The notes under the pieces were generated by a model. That model was not told where the DNA came from. It saw only the letters and a list, made by a program, of their open reading frames with translations, and did not search any database. Positions 9,546 to 18,314 of a stretch of DNA of 23,844 bases are shown here, one piece after another (within the stretch, counting starts at the first letter, position 1; each line of letters begins with the position of its first letter). The stretch spans positions 1 through 23,844 of the forward strand of contig CAZUBM010000010.1 in assembly GCA_964618805.1 (NCBI GenBank). Reading direction: 5' to 3'. The position numbers and the translations under genes were made by a program. This DNA is from an uncultured Nitrososphaerota archaeon. Lineage in GTDB: Archaea > Korarchaeota > Korarchaeia > Korarchaeales > Korarchaeaceae.

Positions 9546-9896
9546 ATGCATCCTTTTCTAGGCGTGAGGCATTTAGAGTTGGATCTGATTGGTTACAGCA
9601 GGGAGAAGGATAAGATAGTTGCCGTAGAAGTAAAGTCAAGCCCAACATATCTTTTCGACGGAATAGGAAGATGTGCGGTTCTTAGGATGATAGTTGATTA
9701 CGTGTATCTAGCTCTTCCAGAGGAATATGCCATGAAAATAGGATCAAAATCATTCTTTGGAGAAGGCCTTGGAATTGGACTTCTCTCAGTGGGAAAGGAG
9801 GTAAAGGAGATCGCTAAGGCTCCTGAATCCTATCATAAAGTAGTGGAGATCGCTACACTTCTGAAGAGCATGGTGCGCTCCATGACTGGTGGCTAG
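9546..9896 (+). CDS. PD-(D/E)XK nuclease-like protein, probably 5'-truncated or frameshifted
   Basis: ELDLIG...IVAVEVK motif and VDYVYLALP...GIGLLSV; reading frame stays open back to 9498 with no further start codon. Confidence 0.7.
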   Translation: MHPFLGVRHLELDLIGYSREKDKIVAVEVKSSPTYLFDGIGRCAVLRMIVDYVYLALPEEYAMKIGSKSFFGEGLGIGLLSVGKEVKEIAKAPESYHKVVEIATLLKSMVRSMTGG

Positions 9897-10197
9897 CTTG
9901 AGATACAGAGTTCTTAAGACAAGGAGGTTCATAAGGAGCTTATCAAAGCTAGACAAGCCCGTAGCTGATAGAATCCTAAAGGATGTAAGAGAAACACCTT
10001 TAGAAGAGAACCCCACCTCCGGGAAGCCTCTCAAGGATGTCGTTAGAGTGAAGATAGATGGAAGGGTGAAGGAATACAGATTATGGGAGTTGAAGGTTGG
10101 ACCCAGGAGAAGCTACAGGGTATTCTACATAATAGAAGCTGCAAGAAAGGAGGTTTACCTTTTAGACGTGAGACATAGGAGGGTAAGCTTCAGATAA
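9889..10197 (+). CDS. relE: Type II toxin, RelE/ParE family
   Basis: YRVLKTRRFIRSLSKLDK...ENPTSGKPL...LWELKVG...YRVFYII...VYLLDVRHR; basic 102 aa; GTG start overlaps upstream stop by 8 bp. Confidence 0.85.
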   Translation: MASLRYRVLKTRRFIRSLSKLDKPVADRILKDVRETPLEENPTSGKPLKDVVRVKIDGRVKEYRLWELKVGPRRSYRVFYIIEAARKEVYLLDVRHRRVSFR

Positions 10198-10234
10198 CAT
10201 CATAATAGACCAGCTATTTGGATCGAGAATAGAT

Positions 10235-10597
10235 CTAGATCTCCTCTACCCTCCTTAAGAGTACGTCAAGCACGCCTTCTTTGATTCCTTCATCTTCTTT
10301 GAGTTCTCCTAAATACTCTATCTTTATTCCAAGTTCCTCTGCTTCCTTCAGGTCTATTTTATCTATTCTCCTCAGGAGACTCAATCCCTTCTTTGTAATG
10401 ATGTTATAAACCCTTCTTCCCCTTCTTTCCCTTTTGATTAAACCCATTTCCTCAAGTTCCCTCAGTCTTCTGGATATCCTTTCCCAGTTAGGCATCTTGG
10501 ACATCAATTCCCTCGTGTACAACTCCTTCATAGCTAGAAGGCGGAGTATCCTAAGATATACGGGTCTCCTTGCTACGGCCAATAATGCGAGTTGCAT
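10235..10597 (-). CDS. ArsR-like winged-helix transcriptional regulator with acidic C-terminal tail
   Basis: LRILRLL...ISRRLRELEEMGLIKRERRGRRVYNIITKKG. Confidence 0.85.
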   Translation of the reverse strand: MQLALLAVARRPVYLRILRLLAMKELYTRELMSKMPNWERISRRLRELEEMGLIKRERRGRRVYNIITKKGLSLLRRIDKIDLKEAEELGIKIEYLGELKEDEGIKEGVLDVLLRRVEEI

Positions 10598-10634
10598 TGT
10601 ATACCCTAAAGGGTTAACATTTGCTTATAAACTT
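10598..10634 (-). promoter_or_regulatory. TATA box and palindromic operator of the wHTH gene (probably leaderless)
   Basis: Minus strand AAAG-TTTATAAG (TATA 10624-10631); imperfect palindrome TGT-at-ACCCT-aa-AGGGT-ta-ACA at 10598-10619 directly before the ATG. Confidence 0.55.
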
Positions 10635-10762
10635 TAGATTAAGGATCTAGCATCGCTTGGGAAGGAAAGAACCTTCACTTAATCATCAATGATTCTCTTC
10701 ATGAGCACCTAATTCATCCAAAAAATACCTAATTTTAACGGAAATTATGTAAATGAAGTCCA

Positions 10763-12178
10763 TCATCCTTTTACGTCATAGGTTATCAAGCTGAAGTCCG
10801 CCATTCTATCCGATATATCTTGCATTTCCTCGCTCCATGAGGCGATCTGCATCTTGACGGCGTTTGGTCGCCCCATCACATCCAATTGCACCTTGAGTTC
10901 GACGACCTGCCCATAAGCATATTTCAGGGAAGCAACTCGCTCCCACTCACTTGGAGGAGGGTAGCTCGGCTGGATCGCCTTAGCGAGAAATGCCTCAGAT
11001 GAACAAATCCTTATGTGGTGGTCGAAGAGCCCGTCCATATCAGCGTCCAGAAATATGACTACGCCATCGGGCCCGGGCTCGCCAGCATATTCAATCATTA
11101 AATACAGGAAGTTCTCGTCGTTCGTCACGTAGACCGATTTTAAGTCATCTTCCTCGTTGGAGACATCGCCCACGTCGTCTACGGCCAACGGTTCGTATCT
11201 GCGCACCCAGTCATCGGCGAAGCCGTCAATGAATATACCTGCAGGGTTGATTTCATTACGCATATCGCAAACTTCATGAGCAAGACGTTTTGCGATCAGA
11301 TAGTCTCCCGATTTATATGCCTCCTCAGCTTTTGACAGGATATCTTCTGCTTCTTCGGCAAGCAACTGCGAAAAATCACGTATCTGATTTATAACACCCT
11401 TGGCGTCCTCTATAGCCTGTAAGGCATCGTCCTTAAAGGTGCGCATGAATTTGGCAAGATCCTCTTCAGCTTTATTTCTGTAATAACAGTCTTCGAGATA
11501 ATAGCACTTTATCACATTCAAGGGCCCTTCGCCCTGATATCCAGGGACTATCCTATCCTTGTATTTCTGGCCACCTCTCTCAACTTCAACTTCAAAATAC
11601 GTTATCTCAAAGCCCGGCATCCATGACCAAAACGAATAGCCCTTTACCTTTCCATAGGTCTCCTCGAATAAGATCTTGAAGAGCTTAATCTTACCCGCCT
11701 CCAGCTCTTCTTCCGATAACTCACCGTGCCCCCAGAAATCAGTGCCCGCCATCAGCGTAGACTGACTGCTCTCTGGTACCATTATTTCTGGACCAAAAAT
11801 GACGCCTTTGGCTTTGTATTTCTCGTTCAAAGATAAAGAAAAATTCAACAGGTCACGTATGTAGTTGCGCCAATCGTCATACATTCGAACAAGTTCTCCA
11901 TTCATATCGCAAGAACCGAAAACGTCTGTTGACACATAGTCCCATCCCTCGAAGTCATAAACTTCTTTTGTAAGCCCAGCATGATGTAGCTGTTGGGTCC
12001 AGGGATTAAGGTCTATCTTTTGAACAAGTAGTCCTGAGTATACTTTCCTAACTTCAGGTAGCAACTCGTTTGCCCACTTAAACGCCTCTTCATTGAGTAG
12101 TAGTAAGTATAGTTGTCCTGAGGCTACGGGGCTGAATATCTCCACTCCCTCATTTTCGCAGATCTCAGCCCACTCCAT
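10763..12178 (-). pseudogene. 5'-truncated glycoside hydrolase-like protein (C-terminal part of a GH113-like TIM barrel, helical linker, DOMON/CBM9-like domain)
   Basis: WAEICENEGVEIF...WANELLPEVRKVYSG resembles the middle of a GH113-type barrel; IDGFADDW...DDVGD...DLKSVYVTNDENFLYL is DOMON/CBM9-like; in-frame stop 18 codons upstream; no signal peptide. Confidence 0.6.
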
Positions 12179-12581
12179 AATAATCGTTTTAAGATTTCTA
12201 AGCCTATTGGAAAATACAACAGAAGGACATCACATGTGTTAGCGGCCAAAAAGCTCGGTTCAGCGCTGGAGAAGGTAAGATATGTGGTCTCGGATATCAT
12301 ATCCTGTCGACTTTGGACCTATTGCTACTCAGCTGACAAGTACGCTTCTTGGCTTGGAAGAGCTGCAGAACCTTCTAGACAGATGTTGGGCGTGATATCT
12401 TCTCAAAACTCAAGGATGAGCCTCTTATAAGATTAAATCATATCAGAAAGCCTATTTGAAGCAGATTTGCCTTATTTAGCTAATTTGATAGAGAGGTGAA
12501 GGGAAGAGGTTTTGTTATGCACCATATTATCAAGTGTAATATAATATATACTTACATTGTTTAGTATGTGTGTGAGCTGAC

Positions 12582-13610
12582 ATGGAAACGAGGAAGCTAA
12601 TGAGGCTTGGAAGATCGTCTATAGTGATATCGCTCCCAAGAAGTTGGATTAATATGAACAAACTTAAGAAAGGAGATATCGTATCGATGGCAGTACAGAG
12701 AGACGGTTCCTTGTTAATTTTACCTGGAATCAGAAAAGAGATACCCGTTAAGAAGATCAGTCTTGTAATCAAGCAAGACGATGATGAACGCTTCATTGCA
12801 AGGAAAATCATAGCTTGTTACCTGAACGGATACAGTGCTATCGAACTTATATCACCGAAATTCTTCTTAGCTAAACAGCAAAGAGTCATAAAAAAGGTGA
12901 TATCAAGCCTGAAAATGAGTATTATGGAAACAAGCCCTAGGAGAATTTATTTAGAGAGCCTACTTGATGAATCGAAAGTTTCCGTTTCCAGAACGTTAAG
13001 AAGGATCCACATGATAATTATTTCGATGTGCCAAGGCATCACAGATGTCCTAAGAGATTGGAACATTGAGCTTGCCAAATCCTTCTATAGCCTATATGAT
13101 GAGGTGGATCAATTCACCCTGCTACTCCTTAGATTGTCTAAAAAGGGTATAGAAGATCCCATGTTGACTATTGAGGTCGGTCTTGAGCCTAAAGATTGTT
13201 TGGACCTTACAATGTTAGCTTATAAGCTTGAGCGCATCGCTCATTGCTTAGCTGACATAGCTCAGCGTGTATTGCTGTTGAACAAGCTAGGCCAAAAGCT
13301 TCCGCCCTATCTTCTGGAGCCTCTTCTTGAGATGCATGAATTGGCTTGTAAACTTTACGATGAAACAATGAAGGCATATTTCTCACTTGATATAGAGCTA
13401 GCCAATAAAGCCATAGACTCTATAGCTGAAGTGGAAAAACTAAGCCAGAAAGCTTCGGAGGCGCTGGTAAAGGAGACTAATTCTGCCGTTGTCTGTGCGT
13501 TCTGTTACATGAGGGAAAAGATCGAAAGCATGGCGAGATATTCGGTCGATATCGCCAAGCTAGTCATAAATAGGAGTTGCCTTGCAATGGAGAAAGAGTT
13601 TGAAAAATAA
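12582..13610 (+). CDS. phoU: Archaeal phosphate uptake regulator-family protein (AbrB N-terminal domain plus two PhoU domains)
   Basis: METRKLMRLGRSSIVISLPRSW...LKKGD (AbrB); RKIIACYLNGY; DEVDQF; LERIAH. Confidence 0.9.
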   Translation: METRKLMRLGRSSIVISLPRSWINMNKLKKGDIVSMAVQRDGSLLILPGIRKEIPVKKISLVIKQDDDERFIARKIIACYLNGYSAIELISPKFFLAKQQRVIKKVISSLKMSIMETSPRRIYLESLLDESKVSVSRTLRRIHMIIISMCQGITDVLRDWNIELAKSFYSLYDEVDQFTLLLLRLSKKGIEDPMLTIEVGLEPKDCLDLTMLAYKLERIAHCLADIAQRVLLLNKLGQKLPPYLLEPLLEMHELACKLYDETMKAYFSLDIELANKAIDSIAEVEKLSQKASEALVKETNSAVVCAFCYMREKIESMARYSVDIAKLVINRSCLAMEKEFEK

Positions 13611-13618
13611 TGGTTTTT

Positions 13619-15133
13619 TCAATCATCCCTTCTTGAAGGGGAAATCTTAACCTTCTTAATGGCACTCTCAGCCATCTCTGACATCAAAGGGTAATCTAAA
13701 ATACTCCTTCTGTTTAGCCTTACGCTGCGGAGTAATTCCACTAATGTACTATCTCTTGCCCTTCTTAGCGCGAGACCTCCTAGTCCATAGACCCCTGGTA
13801 TAATTTCTTTCATGTCATCATCAGCTTCTAGCCCCTCCACATTGGTGGGCGAACTAGTAGACACATCAACTATGATGGTAAAGAATCTGAGTCTTCGCAA
13901 CATCCCTAGGGTTATCCTATTCTCTAGAGGAACCGTTATGAAGACTATATTAGATTTTCTGAGAACCTCCAACTGGTCCTCGGTTGTAGGAGCCAAGATA
14001 CTCTCAATGGAAGTCATATACTCAGTCAAATGAGAGGGCTCCTCTGCTTCAGGATCAACGTTAGGACATGGGTTAACCAACGTTACTTGACACCCCAGTT
14101 TATACAAGATGATTGCAACGATCTTTGCTGTAATATCATTCCCGAAAACAGCACATCTTCTTCCTATTAATTTATTAAACCTCCTTTCACTCAGAAAATC
14201 CTTAACTTTTGCCACCATTGAGACTGCTGTTGTATATTTTCCTCCAGGATCCAGTACAATTGGAACTTGATTGAGTGTCTGATTTAAGACCTTTAGGAAT
14301 TTGCTGGCTTCCATCATATTGCGGGCGCACACCAATATACAAGTGCGCTCAGATCCATTGGATCCATCCGATGTTACCCTCGCAATCACTTGCTCGATAT
14401 CTTTAGGCGTTAGGTTATTGTAAGAGAAAACTATATCGAATCCAGCCTCGTATCCCAAGCGAGTTATGGGTTCTTCAACCCCATCTGCTCCAAGGATGAG
14501 TAATATGTAAGGTGGCTTGAGGAAAGACAAGGTGTAAGGAGTATTCCCAGCCATGCCCTTAATTATGGCACAGATGTTCTTCCTCAAGGTCTTCGAGCGA
14601 ATGATCATTTGGCTTTGTGAGCTAGCAGGCCTTTTTTGTAGCCTGGCAATTGATACATCGGCACCTAGAGAGTCAAAGAGGATTGCGAGATCCTCAACGA
14701 ACTCCGTATCACATAAATACATGCATTTAACCTCGTCTTTTTTGACAGAACAAGCATAATCTAGAGTTGATCCTCTTCTCGGGATAAAGGGCACACCCAG
14801 TTCTAAGAACAATTTGCTAAAGACATTCTTATCAAAGAATTCTTCCTCTGTTCTCGTCCCAATGTCCTCGGTTGCGAAGTCCGGTTTGAACCTTTTGGCC
14901 AAGTTGAAAATCAAATTTTCAAGTTCTGAAAGAGTTTCCAGTGAATTAGAGTCCCCAAAGGCCTCTCCTTGGGTCTGCTCAGAAATTATGGGGTTTTTGA
15001 AGCCTTTATCAATGATTAAAACCCTCAATTTCTTGTCTTTGAGGGGCTTAAAAATGTCTATGGGATCTAATCTCTTATCTAGGATTAGGAAGCCTATCTT
15101 AAAGCTCTCTGGAGCAGCGCTAAAGTTTTTCAT
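13619..15133 (-). CDS. Divergent MtdA/MtdB-like methylene-H4MPT/H4F dehydrogenase homolog with ~200-aa N-terminal extension
   Basis: GYEAGFDIVFSY, DPGGKYTTAVSMVAKV, VEGLEADDD, GVYGLGGLAL occur in the order of Mtd family motifs; several conserved residues altered. Confidence 0.75.
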   Translation of the reverse strand: MKNFSAAPESFKIGFLILDKRLDPIDIFKPLKDKKLRVLIIDKGFKNPIISEQTQGEAFGDSNSLETLSELENLIFNLAKRFKPDFATEDIGTRTEEEFFDKNVFSKLFLELGVPFIPRRGSTLDYACSVKKDEVKCMYLCDTEFVEDLAILFDSLGADVSIARLQKRPASSQSQMIIRSKTLRKNICAIIKGMAGNTPYTLSFLKPPYILLILGADGVEEPITRLGYEAGFDIVFSYNNLTPKDIEQVIARVTSDGSNGSERTCILVCARNMMEASKFLKVLNQTLNQVPIVLDPGGKYTTAVSMVAKVKDFLSERRFNKLIGRRCAVFGNDITAKIVAIILYKLGCQVTLVNPCPNVDPEAEEPSHLTEYMTSIESILAPTTEDQLEVLRKSNIVFITVPLENRITLGMLRRLRFFTIIVDVSTSSPTNVEGLEADDDMKEIIPGVYGLGGLALRRARDSTLVELLRSVRLNRRSILDYPLMSEMAESAIKKVKISPSRRDD

Positions 15134-15374
15134 TTCAAGATAACATGCTTTTGAATTGTATATATATAGTGTCGTAATGTTATATATACGCTATGATAAG
15201 CTATATACAAAAAAGGCGAAATATACAAGAATTATGGGACATTATCCCTGGCTATCTCTTTGGATTTTAAGATATTGTATGATATTGCATAATACTGTAT
15301 GTTTGGTATATATAATATTACGAGAGAATATATACGTGAAAGACCGTCTTCGTTTCTTGGAGATCAGATTGAGG
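15134..15374. promoter_or_regulatory. AT-rich divergent promoter region with repeated ATATA(C/G) boxes and three tandem 10-mers
   Basis: ATATA(C/G) ending at 15169, 15189, 15208, 15226, 15335; GATATTGTAT-GATATTGCAT-AATACTGTAT at 15271-15300. Confidence 0.6.
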
Positions 15375-17525
15375 ATGAAACTACAGCTAACTAAAACCCT
15401 AGAAGCAATTCCTACTAAGAGATTTCGGGTTTATACGGCTAAATGGAATAGAGAAAGACTTTTAGACGCTATCCTCGATTTTGGTGAAGTAGAACTCTCG
15501 GAAATGAATGAACCTGGTTTCAAAAGGAGAAAAATATCTCGGGATTGCATAGATCCAAGAACTCGTAGGGAAGTTCTAGCAGAACTTAGAAAAATCGAGA
15601 AACTCTTTGGATCCTTGCCTCAAGTGAATTTTGAAGAGAACTCAAAGATACCTGTTTACAGCAATGAGGAACTGAGGGAAATACTGAGGGAGACAAGAAG
15701 AAGGGCAGAATTTCTTCTCATGTTAAAAGACAAAAAATTGGCTGAAAAGAAGTTGAAGGAGCTTGAGAACTTGAAGGCTGAGCTCCTTAAACTTGAAGAC
15801 AGGATATTTTCCTCTCTCAGTTCCCGCTCCGATCTTAAGGGTAAATCAGGTGAAAAGTCATACACTAAGATCTTCAGAGTCCTCTGTAAGTTAGATATCC
15901 ATTTCAGACAGCTTTTTGAGCTAGCTTTTGCGGCTAAAAGGGCAAAAGCAGACCCAATTCGCGTTCAAAGAATCTTAGAAAAGGCAACCAAAATTGCTGA
16001 GTCTGCCAAAATGAAATTAGAGGATCTAGATATCGAAAAGACTATCCTCAATCATGTTGAATTAAAGCTAAATGAGATATTGGATTGCCTTAAAAAACTC
16101 CAAAAGCTGGTCCAGAGCGAGAAAGAGAAGGAAAGCTCCTTGCTGGGGGAAGAATTGGAATGCCTCTTAGTTTCTATTCAAGAGTTGAGAGAACTACTAG
16201 CAGATACGGGAAACAGCCTTCTTACTAAGGATGTACTTCATCCTTTGGAGGAAGTCGTTTCAAAATATGTAGAGGAGGCAAAGCCTCTTCTAGAGAAGAA
16301 GAGGAAGCTAGAGGAAGAGATTTCGTTCTTTGAGAAGTTTAAAACAAATGAAGAGGAAGCTAGAAGGCTAGAACGAGAGTTTTGGGATCTGGTAAAAAGG
16401 TTAGTAGCTAACTCTATGATTCCATGCAGAGGTGAGCTCTCTCGGTTCATATATGAAAGTGATAACAAAATTGCAGTATCTGGGTGGGTACCAGAGACTT
16501 TAGTAGATAGCCTTGAAAGGCACCTAAAGTCTAGATTGGGTGAGATGGTCGATTTCAGGGTAACCGAAGAAGAAGGGCCTTCGTACATAGAGTTACCTTC
16601 CATGATACGCCCCTTTAGCTTGCTTACACACAAAATGATGGGATATCCTAAAGGAGGGCAGCTGGATCCCACCTTCCTAGTATCCATTTTCTTCCCAATA
16701 ATGTTCGGAATTATGTTCGGCGATATAGGTCAGGGACTGACATTATTGGTCTTTGGACTTATTCTCAAGAGGAGAGGTGGCCGCCTCAAGGATATTGGGC
16801 AAATTCTGGTACCAATGGGAGTTTGCTCTACAGTCGTTGGATTCCTATATGGTGAGATGTTTCTCAAAGAGATATATGATCCAATTCTCTTCTCTCCAAT
16901 CCATGAACCAATTAAGATAATGGCTTTGGCTGTTTTATTCGGCCTAATACATCTAAATGTAGCTTTTGCTGCAAATATCACTAACAAAGTCCTTGGGGGG
17001 GAGTATTTGTCGATTCTCAGCTATGGTGGGATACTGACCCTAATGATGTACGATTTTGCTGCATTAGCAGCCTACAAGAACGGAGGAGATGTCATAGCGA
17101 CTTTTTCCGATCCTTTGTTTATGGTTGCGTCCATCATATTCTTTGCATCTACGATTGCAATATTGCTTGTAGCGAAGCTAAGGGGACATGGGACCATGGA
17201 AGGATTCATGGAAGTTATAGAAGGTGTTATTGAAGCAGTAATAGGTCTCCTGGCCAATACCCTGTCATACCTTAGGCTTGCTGGTTTCGCAATCTCACAC
17301 GCTGCGTTTGGTATGATGGTTAGCGCTATAGTCGGAGAGGAGTCTGGGATTTCCCCTAGCTTCATAATGGTTATGTTCTTAATGAACATGTTAGCAATGG
17401 GGTTAGAGGGTATAATAGCATTCATACAGGCAACTAGGCTGACACTTTATGAGTTTCTCACGAAGTTCTTTAAGCCTGAAGGACGTTTAATGAGACCAGT
17501 TTCAGTTCAGTTTCAGGTACCCTAA
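15375..17525 (+). CDS. atpI: A/V-type ATPase subunit I (a; 116-kDa subunit family), stand-alone paralog
   Basis: SGWVP, DPT...FPIMFGIMFGDIGQGL, NTLSYLRLAGFAISH with the essential Arg, LEG...FIQATRLTLYEFLTKFF; start moved from 15156 to in-frame ATG 15375. Confidence 0.9.
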   Translation: MKLQLTKTLEAIPTKRFRVYTAKWNRERLLDAILDFGEVELSEMNEPGFKRRKISRDCIDPRTRREVLAELRKIEKLFGSLPQVNFEENSKIPVYSNEELREILRETRRRAEFLLMLKDKKLAEKKLKELENLKAELLKLEDRIFSSLSSRSDLKGKSGEKSYTKIFRVLCKLDIHFRQLFELAFAAKRAKADPIRVQRILEKATKIAESAKMKLEDLDIEKTILNHVELKLNEILDCLKKLQKLVQSEKEKESSLLGEELECLLVSIQELRELLADTGNSLLTKDVLHPLEEVVSKYVEEAKPLLEKKRKLEEEISFFEKFKTNEEEARRLEREFWDLVKRLVANSMIPCRGELSRFIYESDNKIAVSGWVPETLVDSLERHLKSRLGEMVDFRVTEEEGPSYIELPSMIRPFSLLTHKMMGYPKGGQLDPTFLVSIFFPIMFGIMFGDIGQGLTLLVFGLILKRRGGRLKDIGQILVPMGVCSTVVGFLYGEMFLKEIYDPILFSPIHEPIKIMALAVLFGLIHLNVAFAANITNKVLGGEYLSILSYGGILTLMMYDFAALAAYKNGGDVIATFSDPLFMVASIIFFASTIAILLVAKLRGHGTMEGFMEVIEGVIEAVIGLLANTLSYLRLAGFAISHAAFGMMVSAIVGEESGISPSFIMVMFLMNMLAMGLEGIIAFIQATRLTLYEFLTKFFKPEGRLMRPVSVQFQVP

Positions 17526-17549
17526 ACAGGTGCGATATGAGGGGATAAA

Positions 17550-17966
17550 ATGAGTTTATTCGGAGCGTGTAAATACCAAACACCTGACGGGAAGACTGGT
17601 TTACAGTTCTCCCTAGGAAATTTCCCATCGGGCAAAGCAGTTATCTCAGTAGATTGTTACTCTGCTGAACATCCCGAACACGGAAAGGTTACTGTGGTAG
17701 TAACCTCTGTAGAGGATAAACGTGATTTCTCACTGTATTATCTTATTGAAATATTCGGCAACCCTGGAGAAGTTGTAAAGGACGTTCTAAGAGATCTTAT
17801 TACTATAGAATCGCGATTGTACCTTTTTCATATTAGATTTAGACCTATAGGGGAATACACGCCCACAAAAAATGTCTTAGAATCTATAGGATTAAGGAAT
17901 GTGAAACGACTTACGGCTCTCCGAAATCCTGATGGTACCTATAGCCTCAGACCATCTCCTGAGTAA
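17550..17966 (+). CDS. Hypothetical soluble protein, probably co-transcribed with atpI
   Basis: 138-aa ORF, ATG preceded by GAGGGG, 24 bp after the atpI stop; no family recognised. Confidence 0.7.
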   Translation: MSLFGACKYQTPDGKTGLQFSLGNFPSGKAVISVDCYSAEHPEHGKVTVVVTSVEDKRDFSLYYLIEIFGNPGEVVKDVLRDLITIESRLYLFHIRFRPIGEYTPTKNVLESIGLRNVKRLTALRNPDGTYSLRPSPE

Positions 17967-18057
17967 ATATGGACGTTTTACCGTTTCTGATCTCCTTCTT
18001 GATGATTTAGTAGAAGAGTAAAGAGGAGAGCAGTTCTTAATAGCACTTAGCGCGCGC

Positions 18058-18314
18058 GGAACTCCATTAACGTCTTCGGTGTATACGTCGACCTTAAACC
18101 CTCCGGGGGAGTACAACGTTTCCTTAACGAGCCTGAAGCCCCTCCTCTCCAGGTACTCAAGGGTGGTGCCAGAGGTCAGAGCCATGTCTATGTCCCTGGT
18201 GCTCCTATACTTCCACCCGAGGTAGCCCAAGACCGCTATAGCCCCGACAAAGACTACCCTGCCCCCGAGCAGCTTAGCCACCATCTCAACCTCATTCCTA
18301 AGTAGAGCGGACAA
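18058..18314 (-). pseudogene. 3'-truncated nucleotidyltransferase (AbiEii-like type IV TA toxin)
   Basis: VVFVGAIAV...RSTRDID...KVDVY motifs; plausible sequence ends at DVNGVP at the repeat, after which the ORF runs antisense into the 138-aa gene. Confidence 0.7.

Noticed and set aside
12236-12430. 64-aa ORF between the GH fragment and phoU
   Set aside because: No recognisable family; probably a decayed remnant, cannot be supported
15156-15374. 73-aa N-terminal extension of AtpI in the ORF track
   Set aside because: TTG start in very AT-rich, Tyr/Ile-biased sequence that must hold two divergent promoters; ATG 15375 is more plausible
17892-18047. C-terminal ~50 aa of the 140-aa NTase ORF
   Set aside because: Read-through beyond the repeat junction, partly antisense to the 138-aa gene
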